NCBI GenBank assembly: GCA_963753565.1
Contig: CAVWCT010000022.1
Location: 3,839-67,838 of the forward strand
Direction of reading: 5' to 3'
Source: an uncultured Actinomycetota bacterium
GTDB taxonomy: Bacteria; Actinomycetota; Actinomycetes; Propionibacteriales; Nocardioidaceae
Length of the DNA stretch: 64,000 bases
This document shows, in pieces, positions 11,511 through 21,477 of the stretch (positions are counted from its first letter, which is position 1; each line of letters opens with the position of its first letter). The notes beneath the pieces are model-generated. The model did no database searches. It was not told where the DNA came from and saw only the letters and a list, made by a program, of their open reading frames with translations. The position numbers and the translations under genes are program-made.

Positions 11511-13091
11511 GTGAGCGCGGACGCCTATGACTACGTGATCGTCGGTGCAGGTAGCGCGGGCGCGGTGCTGGCCGCGAGGCTCAGCGAGGACGCCGGCACC
11601 ACGGTGCTGCTGCTCGAAGCGGGTGGCGAGGCCGACGCCGACGAGGTGATGATCCCTGCGGCGTTCGCTGCCCAGTTCAAGACGAAGTGGGACTGGAACT
11701 ACACGACCACCGAGCAGAAGCAGCTGCACAGCCGCCGCACCTACTGGCCGCGGATGAAGGCGCTCGGCGGCTGCTCGTCGATGAACGCGATGGTCTACAT
11801 CCGCGGCAACCGCGCCGACTTCGACGGGTGGCGCGACCAGTACGGCGCCGCCGGCTGGGGCTTCGACGACGTGCTGCCCTACTTCATGCGCTCCGAGGCC
11901 AACACCCGACTCGGCGCGCCGTTGCACGGCACCTCCGGGCCGCTGCACGTCGAGGACCGCTCGTATACCCACGAGCTGAGCCACGCCTTCGTGCAGAGCG
12001 CGGTGAGTGCGGGGATCAAGCCCACCGACGACTTCAACGGCGCCGAGCAGGAAGGCGCCGGGCTCTACCAGGTCACCTGCAAGGGCGGCCGCCGCTGGTC
12101 GACCAACGAGGCTTATCTCAAGCCCGCGCGGGGCCGGCCCAACCTCGAGGTCGCGACCGGCGCCTTCGCGGCGCGGGTCGAGATCAGCGGCGACCGGGCG
12201 ACCGGCGTGACCTTCCGCCAAGCCGGCGCCCAGCACACCGTCGCCGCCACGCGCGAGGTGCTGCTCTGCGGCGGGGCGATCAACAGCCCGCAGCTGCTGA
12301 TGATCTCGGGCGTCGGACCGGCGGCGCACCTGGCCGAGCACGGCATCGAGAGCAAGGTCGAGCTCTCCGGCGTTGGCGCCAACATGCAGGACCACGTGCT
12401 CGTGCCGCTGCTGTGGCACACCCGGGGCACGACCGACCTGGGCGAGCTCAACAACCTGCGCAGCTTCGCTCGCTGGAAGCTGCGCGGCACGGGCCCGCTC
12501 GCGTCCAACGTGGCCGAGGCCGGCGCGTTCCTCACCAGCCGCGATGGCCTGCCCGCGCCCGACCTGCAGATCCATGTGGCGCCGGCCGGCTTCTACGACA
12601 ACGGCTTCCACGAGCCGACCAGCCGGATGTTCACCGCCGCACCAGGGCTGGTGAGTGTGCAGAGCCGCGGCTCCATCCGGCTGCGTTCGGCCGACCCGAC
12701 CTGGCAGCCCGAGATCGACCCGGCCTACCTCGAGGACCAGACCGACCTGGACGCCCTCCTGGTCGGCATGCGCCGGACGTGGGAGATCTGCACCCAGGGC
12801 GAGCTGGCGGCGTACCTCGACCGGCCCTGGCAGCTGCCGGACTCCCCGACCGACGACGACCTGCTCGACCGCATCCGCACCTGGGGGCAGACGATCTATC
12901 ACCCGGTGTCGACCTGCGCGATGGGCACGGGCGAGGACGCCGTGGTCGACGCGGAGCTGCGGGTCCACGGCGTCAACGGGCTGCGCGTCGTCGACGCGTC
13001 GGTGATGCCGGCCGTGCCGCGCGGCAACACCAATGCCCCCACCATCATGGTCGCCGAGAAGGCGTCCGACCTGATCAGGAGTGCGAGATGA
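11511..13091 (+). CDS. GMC oxidoreductase (choline/alcohol dehydrogenase family)
   Basis: YDYVIVGAGSAG, LGGCSSMNAMVYIRG, GAINSPQLL, LRVVDASVMP...GNTNAPTIM. Confidence 0.93.
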   Translation: MSADAYDYVIVGAGSAGAVLAARLSEDAGTTVLLLEAGGEADADEVMIPAAFAAQFKTKWDWNYTTTEQKQLHSRRTYWPRMKALGGCSSMNAMVYIRGNRADFDGWRDQYGAAGWGFDDVLPYFMRSEANTRLGAPLHGTSGPLHVEDRSYTHELSHAFVQSAVSAGIKPTDDFNGAEQEGAGLYQVTCKGGRRWSTNEAYLKPARGRPNLEVATGAFAARVEISGDRATGVTFRQAGAQHTVAATREVLLCGGAINSPQLLMISGVGPAAHLAEHGIESKVELSGVGANMQDHVLVPLLWHTRGTTDLGELNNLRSFARWKLRGTGPLASNVAEAGAFLTSRDGLPAPDLQIHVAPAGFYDNGFHEPTSRMFTAAPGLVSVQSRGSIRLRSADPTWQPEIDPAYLEDQTDLDALLVGMRRTWEICTQGELAAYLDRPWQLPDSPTDDDLLDRIRTWGQTIYHPVSTCAMGTGEDAVVDAELRVHGVNGLRVVDASVMPAVPRGNTNAPTIMVAEKASDLIRSAR

Positions 13092-14602
13092 CCCAGACTG
13101 AAGCCCGCCCAGCCACCGCGAGCACGTTCGAGTCGCTCAACCCGGCCACCGGTGACGTGGTCGGCACCCACCCGGTGTCGACAGCGGAGGAGGTGCAGGC
13201 CGCGGTCGACCGCGCACACGAAGAAGCTGCGTGGTGGGGCGCGCTGTCCTACGACGAGCGCGACGTACACCTGTCCGCCTGGAAGGGCGTGATCACGCGC
13301 CGGTTGGCCCAGCTCGCCGATCTGATGCATCAGGAGACCGGCAAGCCCCATGGTGACGCGATGCTCGAGGCAGCGCTGGCCATCGACCACTTGGCCTGGG
13401 CCGGCGGGCACGCCGAAAAGGTCCTGAAGCGCCGCAAGGTGCCGTCGGGCCTGGTGATGGCCAACCAGTCGGCATCGGTCGAGTACCGCCCGCTCGGCGT
13501 CGTCGGCGTGATCGGTCCCTGGAACTATCCCGTCTTCACGCCGATGGGCTCGATCGCGTACGCGCTGGCAGCCGGCAACGCAGTCGTGTTCAAGCCGTCG
13601 GAGTACACGCCCGGCGTCGGCGAGTGGCTGGCGCAGACCTTCCTCGAGTCGGTCGGCCGGCCCGTCCTCACGGTCGTGACCGGGCTGGGCGAGACCGGTG
13701 CCGCGCTGTGCCGCGCCGGTGTCGACAAGGTCGCGTTCACCGGCTCGACGGAGACCGGAAAGCGCGTCATGGCCGCCTGCTCCGAGACGCTGACGCCCGT
13801 CGTGATCGAGGCGGGCGGCAAGGACGCACTGATCGTCGACCTCGACGCCGACATCGACGCGGCCGCGGACGCCACGCTCTGGGGCGCCTGCGGAAACGCC
13901 GGGCAGACCTGTGCCGGCGTCGAGCGGGTCTACGTGCATGAGCGCGTGTACGACGAGTTCCTCGCGTCGCTGACCACGAAGGCGCGCGACATCCGCGCCG
14001 ACGGTACGGCCGGGGCTCAGCTCGGACCGATCACCATGCCGAAGCAGCTCGACATCATCCGCAGCCACATCCAGGACGCTCTCGACAAAGGCGGCCGGGC
14101 CGTGGTCGGCGGCATCGACGCCGTCGGCGACCGCTACGTGCAGCCGACGATCCTGGTCGACGTACCGGAGGACTCGCTGGCCGTGCAGGAGGAGACCTTC
14201 GGCCCGACGGTCACCGTGGCCAAGGTGCGCGACATGGACGAGGCGATCGAGAAGACCAACGGCACCCGCTACGCCCTCGGTTCGACGGTGTTCTCGAAGG
14301 CGCGCGGCATGGAGCTCGCCGAGCGGATCAAGGCCGGCATGACCGCGATCAACGGCGTGATCACCTTCGCCGGCGTGCCCTCGCTACCGTTCGGCGGCGT
14401 CGGCGACTCGGGGTTCGGCCGGATCCACGGCCCGGACGGCCTCCGCGAGTTCACCTATCCCAAGGCGATCGCGCGGCAGCGCTTCAAGCCGATGATGCCG
14501 CTGACCTCGTTCCGGCGTACCGAGAAGCACGAGCAGCGCCTGGCCTCGATGATGACCATGCTCCACGGTCGGGGTTCGATGATCCCCAAGAACAAGAAGT
14601 AG
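13088..14602 (+). CDS. Aldehyde dehydrogenase
   Basis: IGPWNYP, FTGST, IEAGGKD, NAGQTC, EETFGP, PFGG; ATGA overlap with the GMC gene. Confidence 0.93.
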   Translation: MTQTEARPATASTFESLNPATGDVVGTHPVSTAEEVQAAVDRAHEEAAWWGALSYDERDVHLSAWKGVITRRLAQLADLMHQETGKPHGDAMLEAALAIDHLAWAGGHAEKVLKRRKVPSGLVMANQSASVEYRPLGVVGVIGPWNYPVFTPMGSIAYALAAGNAVVFKPSEYTPGVGEWLAQTFLESVGRPVLTVVTGLGETGAALCRAGVDKVAFTGSTETGKRVMAACSETLTPVVIEAGGKDALIVDLDADIDAAADATLWGACGNAGQTCAGVERVYVHERVYDEFLASLTTKARDIRADGTAGAQLGPITMPKQLDIIRSHIQDALDKGGRAVVGGIDAVGDRYVQPTILVDVPEDSLAVQEETFGPTVTVAKVRDMDEAIEKTNGTRYALGSTVFSKARGMELAERIKAGMTAINGVITFAGVPSLPFGGVGDSGFGRIHGPDGLREFTYPKAIARQRFKPMMPLTSFRRTEKHEQRLASMMTMLHGRGSMIPKNKK

Positions 14603-14603
14603 G

Positions 14604-15044
14604 TCAGCCCGCGCAGCGGACGACCGAGACGATTTCGTAGTCGTCGGGGCCGGCCGGGCGGACATCGAGTTCGTAGACCACGCTGGCGTCCTCGGGGATG
14701 ACCACGTGGGCGCGGGACTTGTCGGCGTCGATGCTCACCTGCGCGTTGTCGAGAGCCTGGTTCTTGAATGCCTCGACCTCGGGAGGAGTCATCTCGCCCT
14801 CGTCGGTCGGGCGACAGTTCCAGGGTCCCGGGTTCGCATTGACCTCGACGGTGATGCCCGCCGCTCGTGCGTAGTCGCGAAGTCGTTCGCTGCCGCGGGA
14901 GAGATAGCTGCGCGCCGTACCTTCGGCGCACCCCATCCGCTCGGCTATCTGACGGAGGTCCAGGTCTTCGACGTGGCGCAGGGCGATGGCCGTGCGCTGC
15001 CGGGGTGACAGCGTCGCCAGCGCTACCCGGATCTCGTTCAGCAG
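14604..15044 (-). pseudogene. Sigma-70 region-4 (ECF-like HTH) fragment fused to an unknown ~85-aa domain; no canonical start upstream of the HTH
   Basis: The frame upstream of the annotated ATG (14936) is open and reads LLNEIRVALATLSPRQRTAIALRHVEDLDLRQIAERMGCAEGTARSYLSRGSERLR; sigma region 2 is absent. Confidence 0.6.
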
Positions 15045-15074
15045 GCGAGCAGTTGCGCCGACTCGGCGGGTGGG

Positions 15075-15782
15075 TCAGCGCAGCGAGTACGTCGCGAGCG
15101 AGACGCCGACGTAGTGCGAGGTGAAGGCCAGGATCGTGAAGCTGTGGAACACCTCGTGGAAGCCGAAGTAGCGGGGTGAGGGGTTGGGACGCTTGAAGCC
15201 GTAGACGACGCCGCCCAGCGTGTAGAGCAGGCCGCCGGTGAGGATCAGCACGAAGACGGCGATGCCGATGCCGAGGCCGAGGTCGGTCGCGCCGCGGAAG
15301 AAGCCGGGGATGAAGAAGACGGCCGCCCAGCCCAGCGCGATGTAGATCGGGGTGTAGAGCCAGCGCGGCGCGTCAGTCCAGAACACCCGGAACAGGACGC
15401 CGAGGATGGCGCCGCCCCACACGACCGAGAGCAGCACGACCTGCTGCGCGCCGTCGAGCAGGATCAGGCTGAACGGCGTGTAGGAGCCGGCGATGAGCAC
15501 GAAGATGTTGGCGTGGTCCATCCGCCGCAGCGTTGCCCAGACCCGGGGCGACCAGGTGCCGGTGTGGTAGACGGCGGAGACGGTGAACAGCAGCAGCGCC
15601 GAGGCCGCGAACAGCGCGGAGCCAACGCGGGTGGCCGCGGTCGGCGAGAGGACGATGAGCACGACCCCTGCGGCAAGGGTGAGCGGCGTGACGCTGAGGT
15701 GCAGCCAGCCCCTCAGCTTGGGCTTCGCATCGGCGAAGGTGTCACTCAACGACTCCAGCCCGACCCGGATCGCGTCGTTCAT
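15075..15782 (-). CDS. Hemolysin III / PAQR (TrhA) family membrane protein
   Basis: KPKLRGWLH, SAVYH, RRMDHANIFVLIAGSYTP, FGFHEVFH. Confidence 0.93.
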   Translation of the reverse strand: MNDAIRVGLESLSDTFADAKPKLRGWLHLSVTPLTLAAGVVLIVLSPTAATRVGSALFAASALLLFTVSAVYHTGTWSPRVWATLRRMDHANIFVLIAGSYTPFSLILLDGAQQVVLLSVVWGGAILGVLFRVFWTDAPRWLYTPIYIALGWAAVFFIPGFFRGATDLGLGIGIAVFVLILTGGLLYTLGGVVYGFKRPNPSPRYFGFHEVFHSFTILAFTSHYVGVSLATYSLR

Positions 15783-15855
15783 GACTCGAAGGTACCGGCA
15801 GCCCGGCTGCAGTAGTGCCGAACGAGAGGGACCTCACGGCATTACGATGCTCCGT

Positions 15856-16629
15856 GTGGCGGACTGGAAGCGCGGGTTGAGGAAGGTGCTCTATCCGGCG
15901 TACGAGGCCCGGATGATGCGCCGGATGCCCGACAACCTCCCGCAGCACGTCGGCGTCATGCTCGACGGCAACCGGCGCTGGGCGAAGGCTGTGGGTCGCG
16001 ACACAGCCCACGGTCACCGCGCTGGCGCGGCCAACATCGAGCCGCTCTTGGGCTGGTGTGACGAGCTCGGCGTCGAGGTGGTCACCCTGTGGCTGCTCTC
16101 CACCGACAACCTCAACCGCCCGGAGCGCGAGCTCCTGCCGCTCCTGCAGATCATCGAGGAGGCGGTGGCGTCGCTGGCTGACCAGCGCCGCTGGCGCCTA
16201 CACCCGGTGGGTGCCCTCGACCTGTTGCCGGCGAGCACCGCCGAGCGCCTGAAGGCCGCAGCCGAGGCGACCAGCGACGTCAACGGCATGCTGGTCAACA
16301 TCGCCGTTCCCTACGGCGGTCGCCGCGAGATCACCGACGCCGTCCGGTCGCTGCTCTACGAGCACGCCGAGAAGGGCACCTCGCTCGAGGAGCTCGCCAG
16401 CATCCTCGATGTCGAGCACATCGCCGACCACCTCTACACCAAGGGCCAGCCGGATCCCGACCTCGTGATCCGCACCTCGGGCGAGCAGCGACTGGGCGGC
16501 TTCCTGCTCTGGCAGAGCGCTAAGTCGGAGTTCTACTTCTGTGAGGCCTACTGGCCCGACTTCCGGCGGGTCGACTTCCTGCGTGCCATGCGGGCCTACG
16601 CGCTGCGCGAGCGCCGGCACGGCGCCTGA
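15856..16629 (+). CDS. Cis-isoprenyl transferase (UPP synthase family, probable short-chain Z-FPP synthase)
   Basis: PQHVGVMLDGNRRWA, WLLSTDNLNR, PDLVIRTSGEQRLGGFLLWQ; divergent from hemolysin III as in mycobacteria. Start could be ATG 15847. Confidence 0.92.
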   Translation: MADWKRGLRKVLYPAYEARMMRRMPDNLPQHVGVMLDGNRRWAKAVGRDTAHGHRAGAANIEPLLGWCDELGVEVVTLWLLSTDNLNRPERELLPLLQIIEEAVASLADQRRWRLHPVGALDLLPASTAERLKAAAEATSDVNGMLVNIAVPYGGRREITDAVRSLLYEHAEKGTSLEELASILDVEHIADHLYTKGQPDPDLVIRTSGEQRLGGFLLWQSAKSEFYFCEAYWPDFRRVDFLRAMRAYALRERRHGA

Positions 16630-16705
16630 CCAGCGTCACAGGAGCGTCATCCAGCCGTCACCCCACGTTCGGGCGTGTCGCCTCGGCACGACCTCCTGCG
16701 AGACG

Positions 16706-16920
16706 TACGTTCTCTCCAATGACGGGTGGGACAGCCCGTCACATCGGGAGGCCCGTTCGTGAGAGTTCACGACCCACTCGCCTGGCAGGCAGCAGCCCGC
16801 CGCGCGACAGGACGCCGGCACTCCGGCGTTCGGGCCCGGCTCAATGTCGAAACCCGGTTCAACAGCGTCGACTGAGGACCGGGCGCTGAGTGCGCGCGCG
16901 GTCACGTGAAGGGGTGCCCA
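16706..16920 (+). promoter_or_regulatory. Putative promoter and ~200-nt structured 5' leader of phoH containing a 38-codon uORF
   Basis: TACGTT (-10-like) 16706-16711; stems TGACGGG/CCCGTCA, CGTGA/TCACG, ACGCCGG/CCGGCGT and GCCCGG-CTCA-GTCGA/TCGAC-TGAG-CCGGGC; GGGAGG then GTG 16759 to TGA 16875. Confidence 0.55.
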
Positions 16921-18243
16921 GTGCAGGCTCATTCGGAGACTCAGGCTCAGACCCGGACCTACGTGATCGACACCAGCGTGTTACTGGCCGACCCTCTCGC
17001 GCTGCGGCGGTTCGCCGAGCACGAGGTCGTGCTGCCGGTCGTCGTGATCACGGAGCTCGAGGGGAAGCGGCACCACCCGGAGCTGGGGTTCTTCGCACGA
17101 TCGGCGCTACGCATGCTCGACGAGCTGCGCATCATCCACGGGCGCCTCGACCAGCCGATCCCGATCGGCGACGAGGGCGGCACGATCCGCGTCGAGCTCA
17201 ACCACACCGACGCCGAGTCGCTCCCGTCCGGCTTCCGGCTCGGTGACAACGACACCCGCATCCTGGCCGTCGCGCGCAACCTCGCCAACGAGGGCTACGA
17301 CGTCACGCTGGTCTCGAAGGACCTGCCGCTGCGGATCAAGGCATCCGCGGTCGGGCTCGACGCCCAGGAGTACCGCGGAGAGACGATCAGCGACTCCGAC
17401 ACCGGCTACACCGGGATGGCGGAGATCGACGTCACGGCCGAGGAGCTCGACGAGCTCTACGACGACGGCACCCTCGACCTCGAGGCGGCCCGCGACTTCC
17501 CCTGCCACCAGGGCCTGGTGCTGCTCTCCGACCGCGGCACCGCGCTCGGCCTGGTCGCGCCCGACAAGTCGGTCCAGCTCGTACGCGGCGACCGCGAGGC
17601 GTTCGGCATCCACGGCCGCTCCGCTGAGCAGCGGATCGCCCTCGAGCTGCTCCTCGACCCCGAGGTAGGCATCGTCTCTCTCGGCGGCCGAGCCGGCACC
17701 GGCAAGTCGGCGATGGCGCTGTGCGCCGGCCTCGAGGCCGTGATGGAACGCCGCCAGCACAAGAAGGTCGTGGTCTTCCGGCCGCTGTTCGCGGTCGGTG
17801 GCCAGGAGCTCGGCTACCTGCCCGGCTCGGAGTCGGAGAAGATGTCGCCCTGGGCCCAGGCCGTCTTCGACACGCTCGGCGCGATGACCTCGAAGGACGT
17901 GATCGACGAGGTGCTCGACCGGGGCATGCTCGAGGTGCTGCCGCTGACCCACATCCGGGGGCGTTCACTGCACGACGCGTTCGTGATCGTCGACGAGGCG
18001 CAGTCGCTGGAGCGCAACGTCCTGCTCACCGTGCTGAGCCGGATCGGCGCCAACTCGAAGGTGGTGCTCACCCACGACGTCGCCCAGCGCGACAACCTGC
18101 GGGTCGGTCGTCACGACGGCGTCGTCGCGGTCATCGAGAAGCTCAAGGGCCACCCGCTCTTCGCCCACGTCACGCTGACTCGCTCCGAGCGATCGCCGAT
18201 CGCCGCGCTGGTGACCGAGATGCTGGAGCACGTCACGGTCTGA
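16921..18243 (+). CDS. phoH: PIN-PhoH fusion protein (PhoH2 type)
   Basis: N-terminal PIN ([32 protein letters not shown]); PhoH ATPase [27 protein letters not shown]. Confidence 0.95.
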   Translation: MQAHSETQAQTRTYVIDTSVLLADPLALRRFAEHEVVLPVVVITELEGKRHHPELGFFARSALRMLDELRIIHGRLDQPIPIGDEGGTIRVELNHTDAESLPSGFRLGDNDTRILAVARNLANEGYDVTLVSKDLPLRIKASAVGLDAQEYRGETISDSDTGYTGMAEIDVTAEELDELYDDGTLDLEAARDFPCHQGLVLLSDRGTALGLVAPDKSVQLVRGDREAFGIHGRSAEQRIALELLLDPEVGIVSLGGRAGTGKSAMALCAGLEAVMERRQHKKVVVFRPLFAVGGQELGYLPGSESEKMSPWAQAVFDTLGAMTSKDVIDEVLDRGMLEVLPLTHIRGRSLHDAFVIVDEAQSLERNVLLTVLSRIGANSKVVLTHDVAQRDNLRVGRHDGVVAVIEKLKGHPLFAHVTLTRSERSPIAALVTEMLEHVTV

Positions 18244-18254
18244 CTCGGGTGGGT

Positions 18255-18280
18255 CTCGTGTGACCACTGGGACACACGAG
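18255..18280 (+). terminator. Hairpin after phoH, possible terminator
   Basis: CTCGTGTG...CACACGAG perfect 8-bp stem just after the stop; no U-tract. Confidence 0.4.
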
Positions 18281-18434
18281 GCGCGCCGCCAGCTAGTTGA
18301 CCCGTGAATTAACCCATTCGGTTTGCACGGGCCTGATGGGTCGGGCAGGGTGACCCGAGATCGAACCGTGACCTTTGGGTCCTTCGATCGATTGAACACC
18401 TGCACGCCACCTATTCCCCGGGGAACGCCAGCCA

Positions 18435-19172
18435 GTGTCGAAGCACGTAAAACACGTACCGAAGCACCGAGCGGTTCCGCCGCGCCATCTCCTCGTCCAG
18501 GCACCTCGCAAGGCGCTGCGCAACACCGTGGTCCTGTCCTCGGTCGCCGTCGCCGCCACCGGTGCCACGATCTCGGGCGGCCTGATCGCCAGCCCGGTCA
18601 CCACGATCGCGGCCGCGGGCGTGAAGCCCTTTGACAGCTACGCCGGCGAGACCGCGGCCACCGACCTGCGCGTCGAGACCTTGGCCGATTCCGGGACCGA
18701 CAGCGCCACGCTCGCCGCCGCGCCGGCACCTCCGGCGGCCGACGAGCTCGCCGACCGCGCACCGCTCGTCTCCCGTTCCTCCGACCGCCGCGAGACCGCC
18801 GACCCCGTCAAGGAGGCCGCGCTGTCCGTCGACCTGGTCAAGGCCGTCACCGGCACGCAGGACCTGTCCGACGGCGACCCGCGCGAGATCGCCCGAGCGC
18901 TGCTCGCCGAGTTCGGCTTCTCATCCGACCAGTTCGGCTGCCTCGACTCGCTCTACACCCGCGAGTCGAACTGGAATGTCAGCGCCAACAACCCGTACTC
19001 CTCGGCCTACGGCATCCCGCAGGCCCTGCCCGGCTCGAAGATGTCCTCCGCCGGGTCCGACTGGGCCACCAACCCGGTCACCCAGATCCGCTGGGGCCTC
19101 GGCTACATCGAGGACCGCTACGGCAGCCCGTGCGGCGCCTGGGGACACAGCCAGTCCCACGGCTGGTACTGA
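18435..19172 (+). CDS. Secreted lytic transglycosylase-like protein
   Basis: N-terminal KHR plus hydrophobic segment; C-terminal CLDSLYTRESNWN, SSAYGIPQALPG, QIRWGLGYIEDRYGSPC...HGWY. Confidence 0.88.
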   Translation: MSKHVKHVPKHRAVPPRHLLVQAPRKALRNTVVLSSVAVAATGATISGGLIASPVTTIAAAGVKPFDSYAGETAATDLRVETLADSGTDSATLAAAPAPPAADELADRAPLVSRSSDRRETADPVKEAALSVDLVKAVTGTQDLSDGDPREIARALLAEFGFSSDQFGCLDSLYTRESNWNVSANNPYSSAYGIPQALPGSKMSSAGSDWATNPVTQIRWGLGYIEDRYGSPCGAWGHSQSHGWY

Positions 19173-19179
19173 GCGGGCA

Positions 19180-19302
19180 CGAAGTGCGGGAAATTCCCCC
19201 CGAAGTGCGGAAAGTTACCCGCGAAAGTGCGGGAAGTTGCGCGCGAGATGTGATTCTGGGTCGGAATTTCGCGCACTTCGGCCAACCACTTCGCGCACTT
19301 CG
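19180..19302. repeat. Intergenic element of three 21-bp-spaced direct repeats followed by two inverted copies
   Basis: CGAAGTGCGGGAAATT (19180), CGAAGTGCGGAAAGTT (19201), CGAAAGTGCGGGAAGTT (19222); inverted AATTTCGCGCACTTCG (19265) and CACTTCGCGCACTTCG (19287). Confidence 0.85.
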
Positions 19303-19305
19303 GCG

Positions 19306-20679
19306 CTATCGACCCGTCATCGAGTCGACGTCGAGCGCCTCGTCGAGCTGTTGCTCGGTGAGCTCGCCGCGCTCGACGTAGCCCAGGGCGATCACCGTCT
19401 CCCGGATGGTGGCGGCGTCGGCCAGCGCCTGCTTGGCGATCTTCGCCGCGGCCTCGTAGCCGATGTACTTGTTGAGCGGCGTCACCACCGAGGGTGACGA
19501 CTCGGCGTAGCGGCGCATCCGCTCGGCGTCGGCGGTGATCCCGTCCACGCATCGCTCGGCCAGCACCCGACTCGATGTCGAGAGCAGGCGCACCGACTCC
19601 AGCAGGTTGCGGGCGATCACCGGCATCGCCACGTTGAGCTCGAAGCTGCCGCTGGCGCCAGCGAAGGTGATCGCGGTGTCGTTGCCGATCACCTGCGCGC
19701 ACACCATCAGCGTCGCTTCGGGGAGCACCGGGTTGACCTTGCCGGGCATGATGCTCGAGCCAGGCTGGAGGTCTGGCAGATGGATCTCGGAGAGGCCGGT
19801 GGTCGGGCCGGAGCCCATCCAGCGCAGGTCGTTGCAGATCTTCGTGAGCCCCACCGCGATGGTCCGGAGTACGCCGCTCAGCTCGACCAGCGAGTCTCGG
19901 GTGCCCTGCGCCTCGAAGTGGTTGCGGGCCTCGGTGAACGCCTGACCGGTCCGCTCGGAGAGTACGGCGATCGTCCGCGCCGCGAAGCCGTCCGGGGTGT
20001 TGATGCCGGTGCCGACCGCGGTGCCGCCGAGGGGCAGCTCGCGCACGCGCGGAAGCACCGCCTCCAGCCGCTCGACTGCGTAGCGGACGGTCGCGGCGTA
20101 GCCGCCGAACTCCTGCCCGAGCGTCACCGGTGTCGCGTCCATCAGGTGGGTGCGGCCGGACTTCACCAGGTCGGCGAACTCGGCGGCCTTGGCCTCGAGC
20201 GAGCCCGCCAGTACGCCGAACGCGGGCACCAGATCTTCTACGACGGCCAACGTCGCGGCGACGTGGATCGCGGTCGGGAAGACGTCGTTGCTGGACTGGC
20301 TGGCGTTGACGTGGTCGTTGGGGTGGACGCCCTCGCCGGCCAGTCCGGCGATCACCTCGTTGGCGTTCATGTTGGAGCTGGTGCCGGAACCGGTCTGGAA
20401 GACGTCGATCGGGAACTCGCCGTCATGCTGCCCGTCGGCTACTGCCTGCGCGGCCCCCACGATCGCGGCGGCCGCGTCCGCTTCGAGCACGCCGAGCTCG
20501 CCGTTGACCGCGGCAGCCGCCGCCTTGACCTGCCCGAGGGCGTGGATCAGGCGGGGCTCGATCGGAGTGCCGCTGATCGGGAAGTTCTCGACCGCGCGTT
20601 GCGTCTGCGCCCGCCAGAGCGCCTCCTTCGGGACCCGGACCTCACCCATGGAGTCGTGCTCGGTGCGCCATTCGCTCAC
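19306..20679 (-). CDS. fumC: Class II fumarate hydratase
   Basis: [49 protein letters not shown] signature. Confidence 0.97.
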   Translation of the reverse strand: MSEWRTEHDSMGEVRVPKEALWRAQTQRAVENFPISGTPIEPRLIHALGQVKAAAAAVNGELGVLEADAAAAIVGAAQAVADGQHDGEFPIDVFQTGSGTSSNMNANEVIAGLAGEGVHPNDHVNASQSSNDVFPTAIHVAATLAVVEDLVPAFGVLAGSLEAKAAEFADLVKSGRTHLMDATPVTLGQEFGGYAATVRYAVERLEAVLPRVRELPLGGTAVGTGINTPDGFAARTIAVLSERTGQAFTEARNHFEAQGTRDSLVELSGVLRTIAVGLTKICNDLRWMGSGPTTGLSEIHLPDLQPGSSIMPGKVNPVLPEATLMVCAQVIGNDTAITFAGASGSFELNVAMPVIARNLLESVRLLSTSSRVLAERCVDGITADAERMRRYAESSPSVVTPLNKYIGYEAAAKIAKQALADAATIRETVIALGYVERGELTEQQLDEALDVDSMTGR

Positions 20680-20706
20680 GATTCGACCCTAGCCCTTGCC
20701 CCGTGA

Positions 20707-21477
20707 CTAGCTGGTCAGGTGCTCGCGGATCAGGGTCGCCACGGCTCGCATCCCGGCGGCGTTGGGGTGGTAGGGCATCGGCCGCCGCGGCAGCGGCAGC
20801 GCGGCGCCGACCGTCCACGGATCCTTCGACCAGGCGTGGTGGTCGCGGCTCGCCTCCGCGACCGGCACCACCTCGCACCCGGTCGCAGCGGCTGCGGTCG
20901 CCGTGAGCTCGACCAGGCGGTCGGCGAGGTGCCGCCCCAGATCGGCGTACGACGTGCGCAGCGGCCGGGCCTTCTGGCTGGCCGGTGGCAGCAGGGTGAG
21001 GTACTCGACGAAGAGCACCCGCGCCTGCGGCGCCGCCTCCTTCACCGCGGCGCCGACGGCGACCAGAGACGCCTCGACGGTGCTGAGGGCGCGCTCCCGG
21101 GCGTCTGGGTCGAGCAGGTCGCGGAGACCACCGCCGACGACCGGCAGCAGGCGGGTGGCGCGGGGGAGGGTGGCCACCATCAGCGCCGGCACGTAGCCGA
21201 TGTCGTTGCCGCCGATGGTGATCGTGACCAGCGCTTCGGAGCCGTCGAGCGCGGTGACCTGGGGTGGCGTGCCGTTCTGCTCGTCGGTCAGCACGTGGGC
21301 GGTGGTCGCTCCGGAGTAGCTGACGTCGACGAGTTCGAGGTCGAGGTCCGCCGCCAGCAGGTGCGGGTAGTTGCGCGCCGAACGCATCGCCAGCCGCGGG
21401 CTCCCCGGCGCGCGCGGCATGATGCCCGGCCCCGCGGCCATCGAGCTGCCGAGGGCGACGTAGCGGCCGCCGGTCAT
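20707..21477 (-). CDS. SGNH/GDSL hydrolase
   Basis: YVALGSSMAAGPG, ITIGGND, YHPNAAGM; ATG 21477 overlaps the upstream stop. Confidence 0.9.
   Translation of the reverse strand: MTGGRYVALGSSMAAGPGIMPRAPGSPRLAMRSARNYPHLLAADLDLELVDVSYSGATTAHVLTDEQNGTPPQVTALDGSEALVTITIGGNDIGYVPALMVATLPRATRLLPVVGGGLRDLLDPDARERALSTVEASLVAVGAAVKEAAPQARVLFVEYLTLLPPASQKARPLRTSYADLGRHLADRLVELTATAAAATGCEVVPVAEASRDHHAWSKDPWTVGAALPLPRRPMPYHPNAAGMRAVATLIREHLTS

Noticed and set aside
11687-13087. N-terminal extension of the 971-aa ORF
   Set aside because: Off-frame overlap with the GMC gene; the aldehyde dehydrogenase starts at 13088.
18244-18434. c-di-AMP (ydaO) riboswitch upstream of the transglycosylase
   Set aside because: Expected conserved blocks (GAATCC, GGGGGAACC, GTCAGCTAAC) are not visible.
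19180-19302. CRISPR array
   Set aside because: Period is only 21 bp, units are degenerate and partly inverted, there are no unique spacers and no cas genes.
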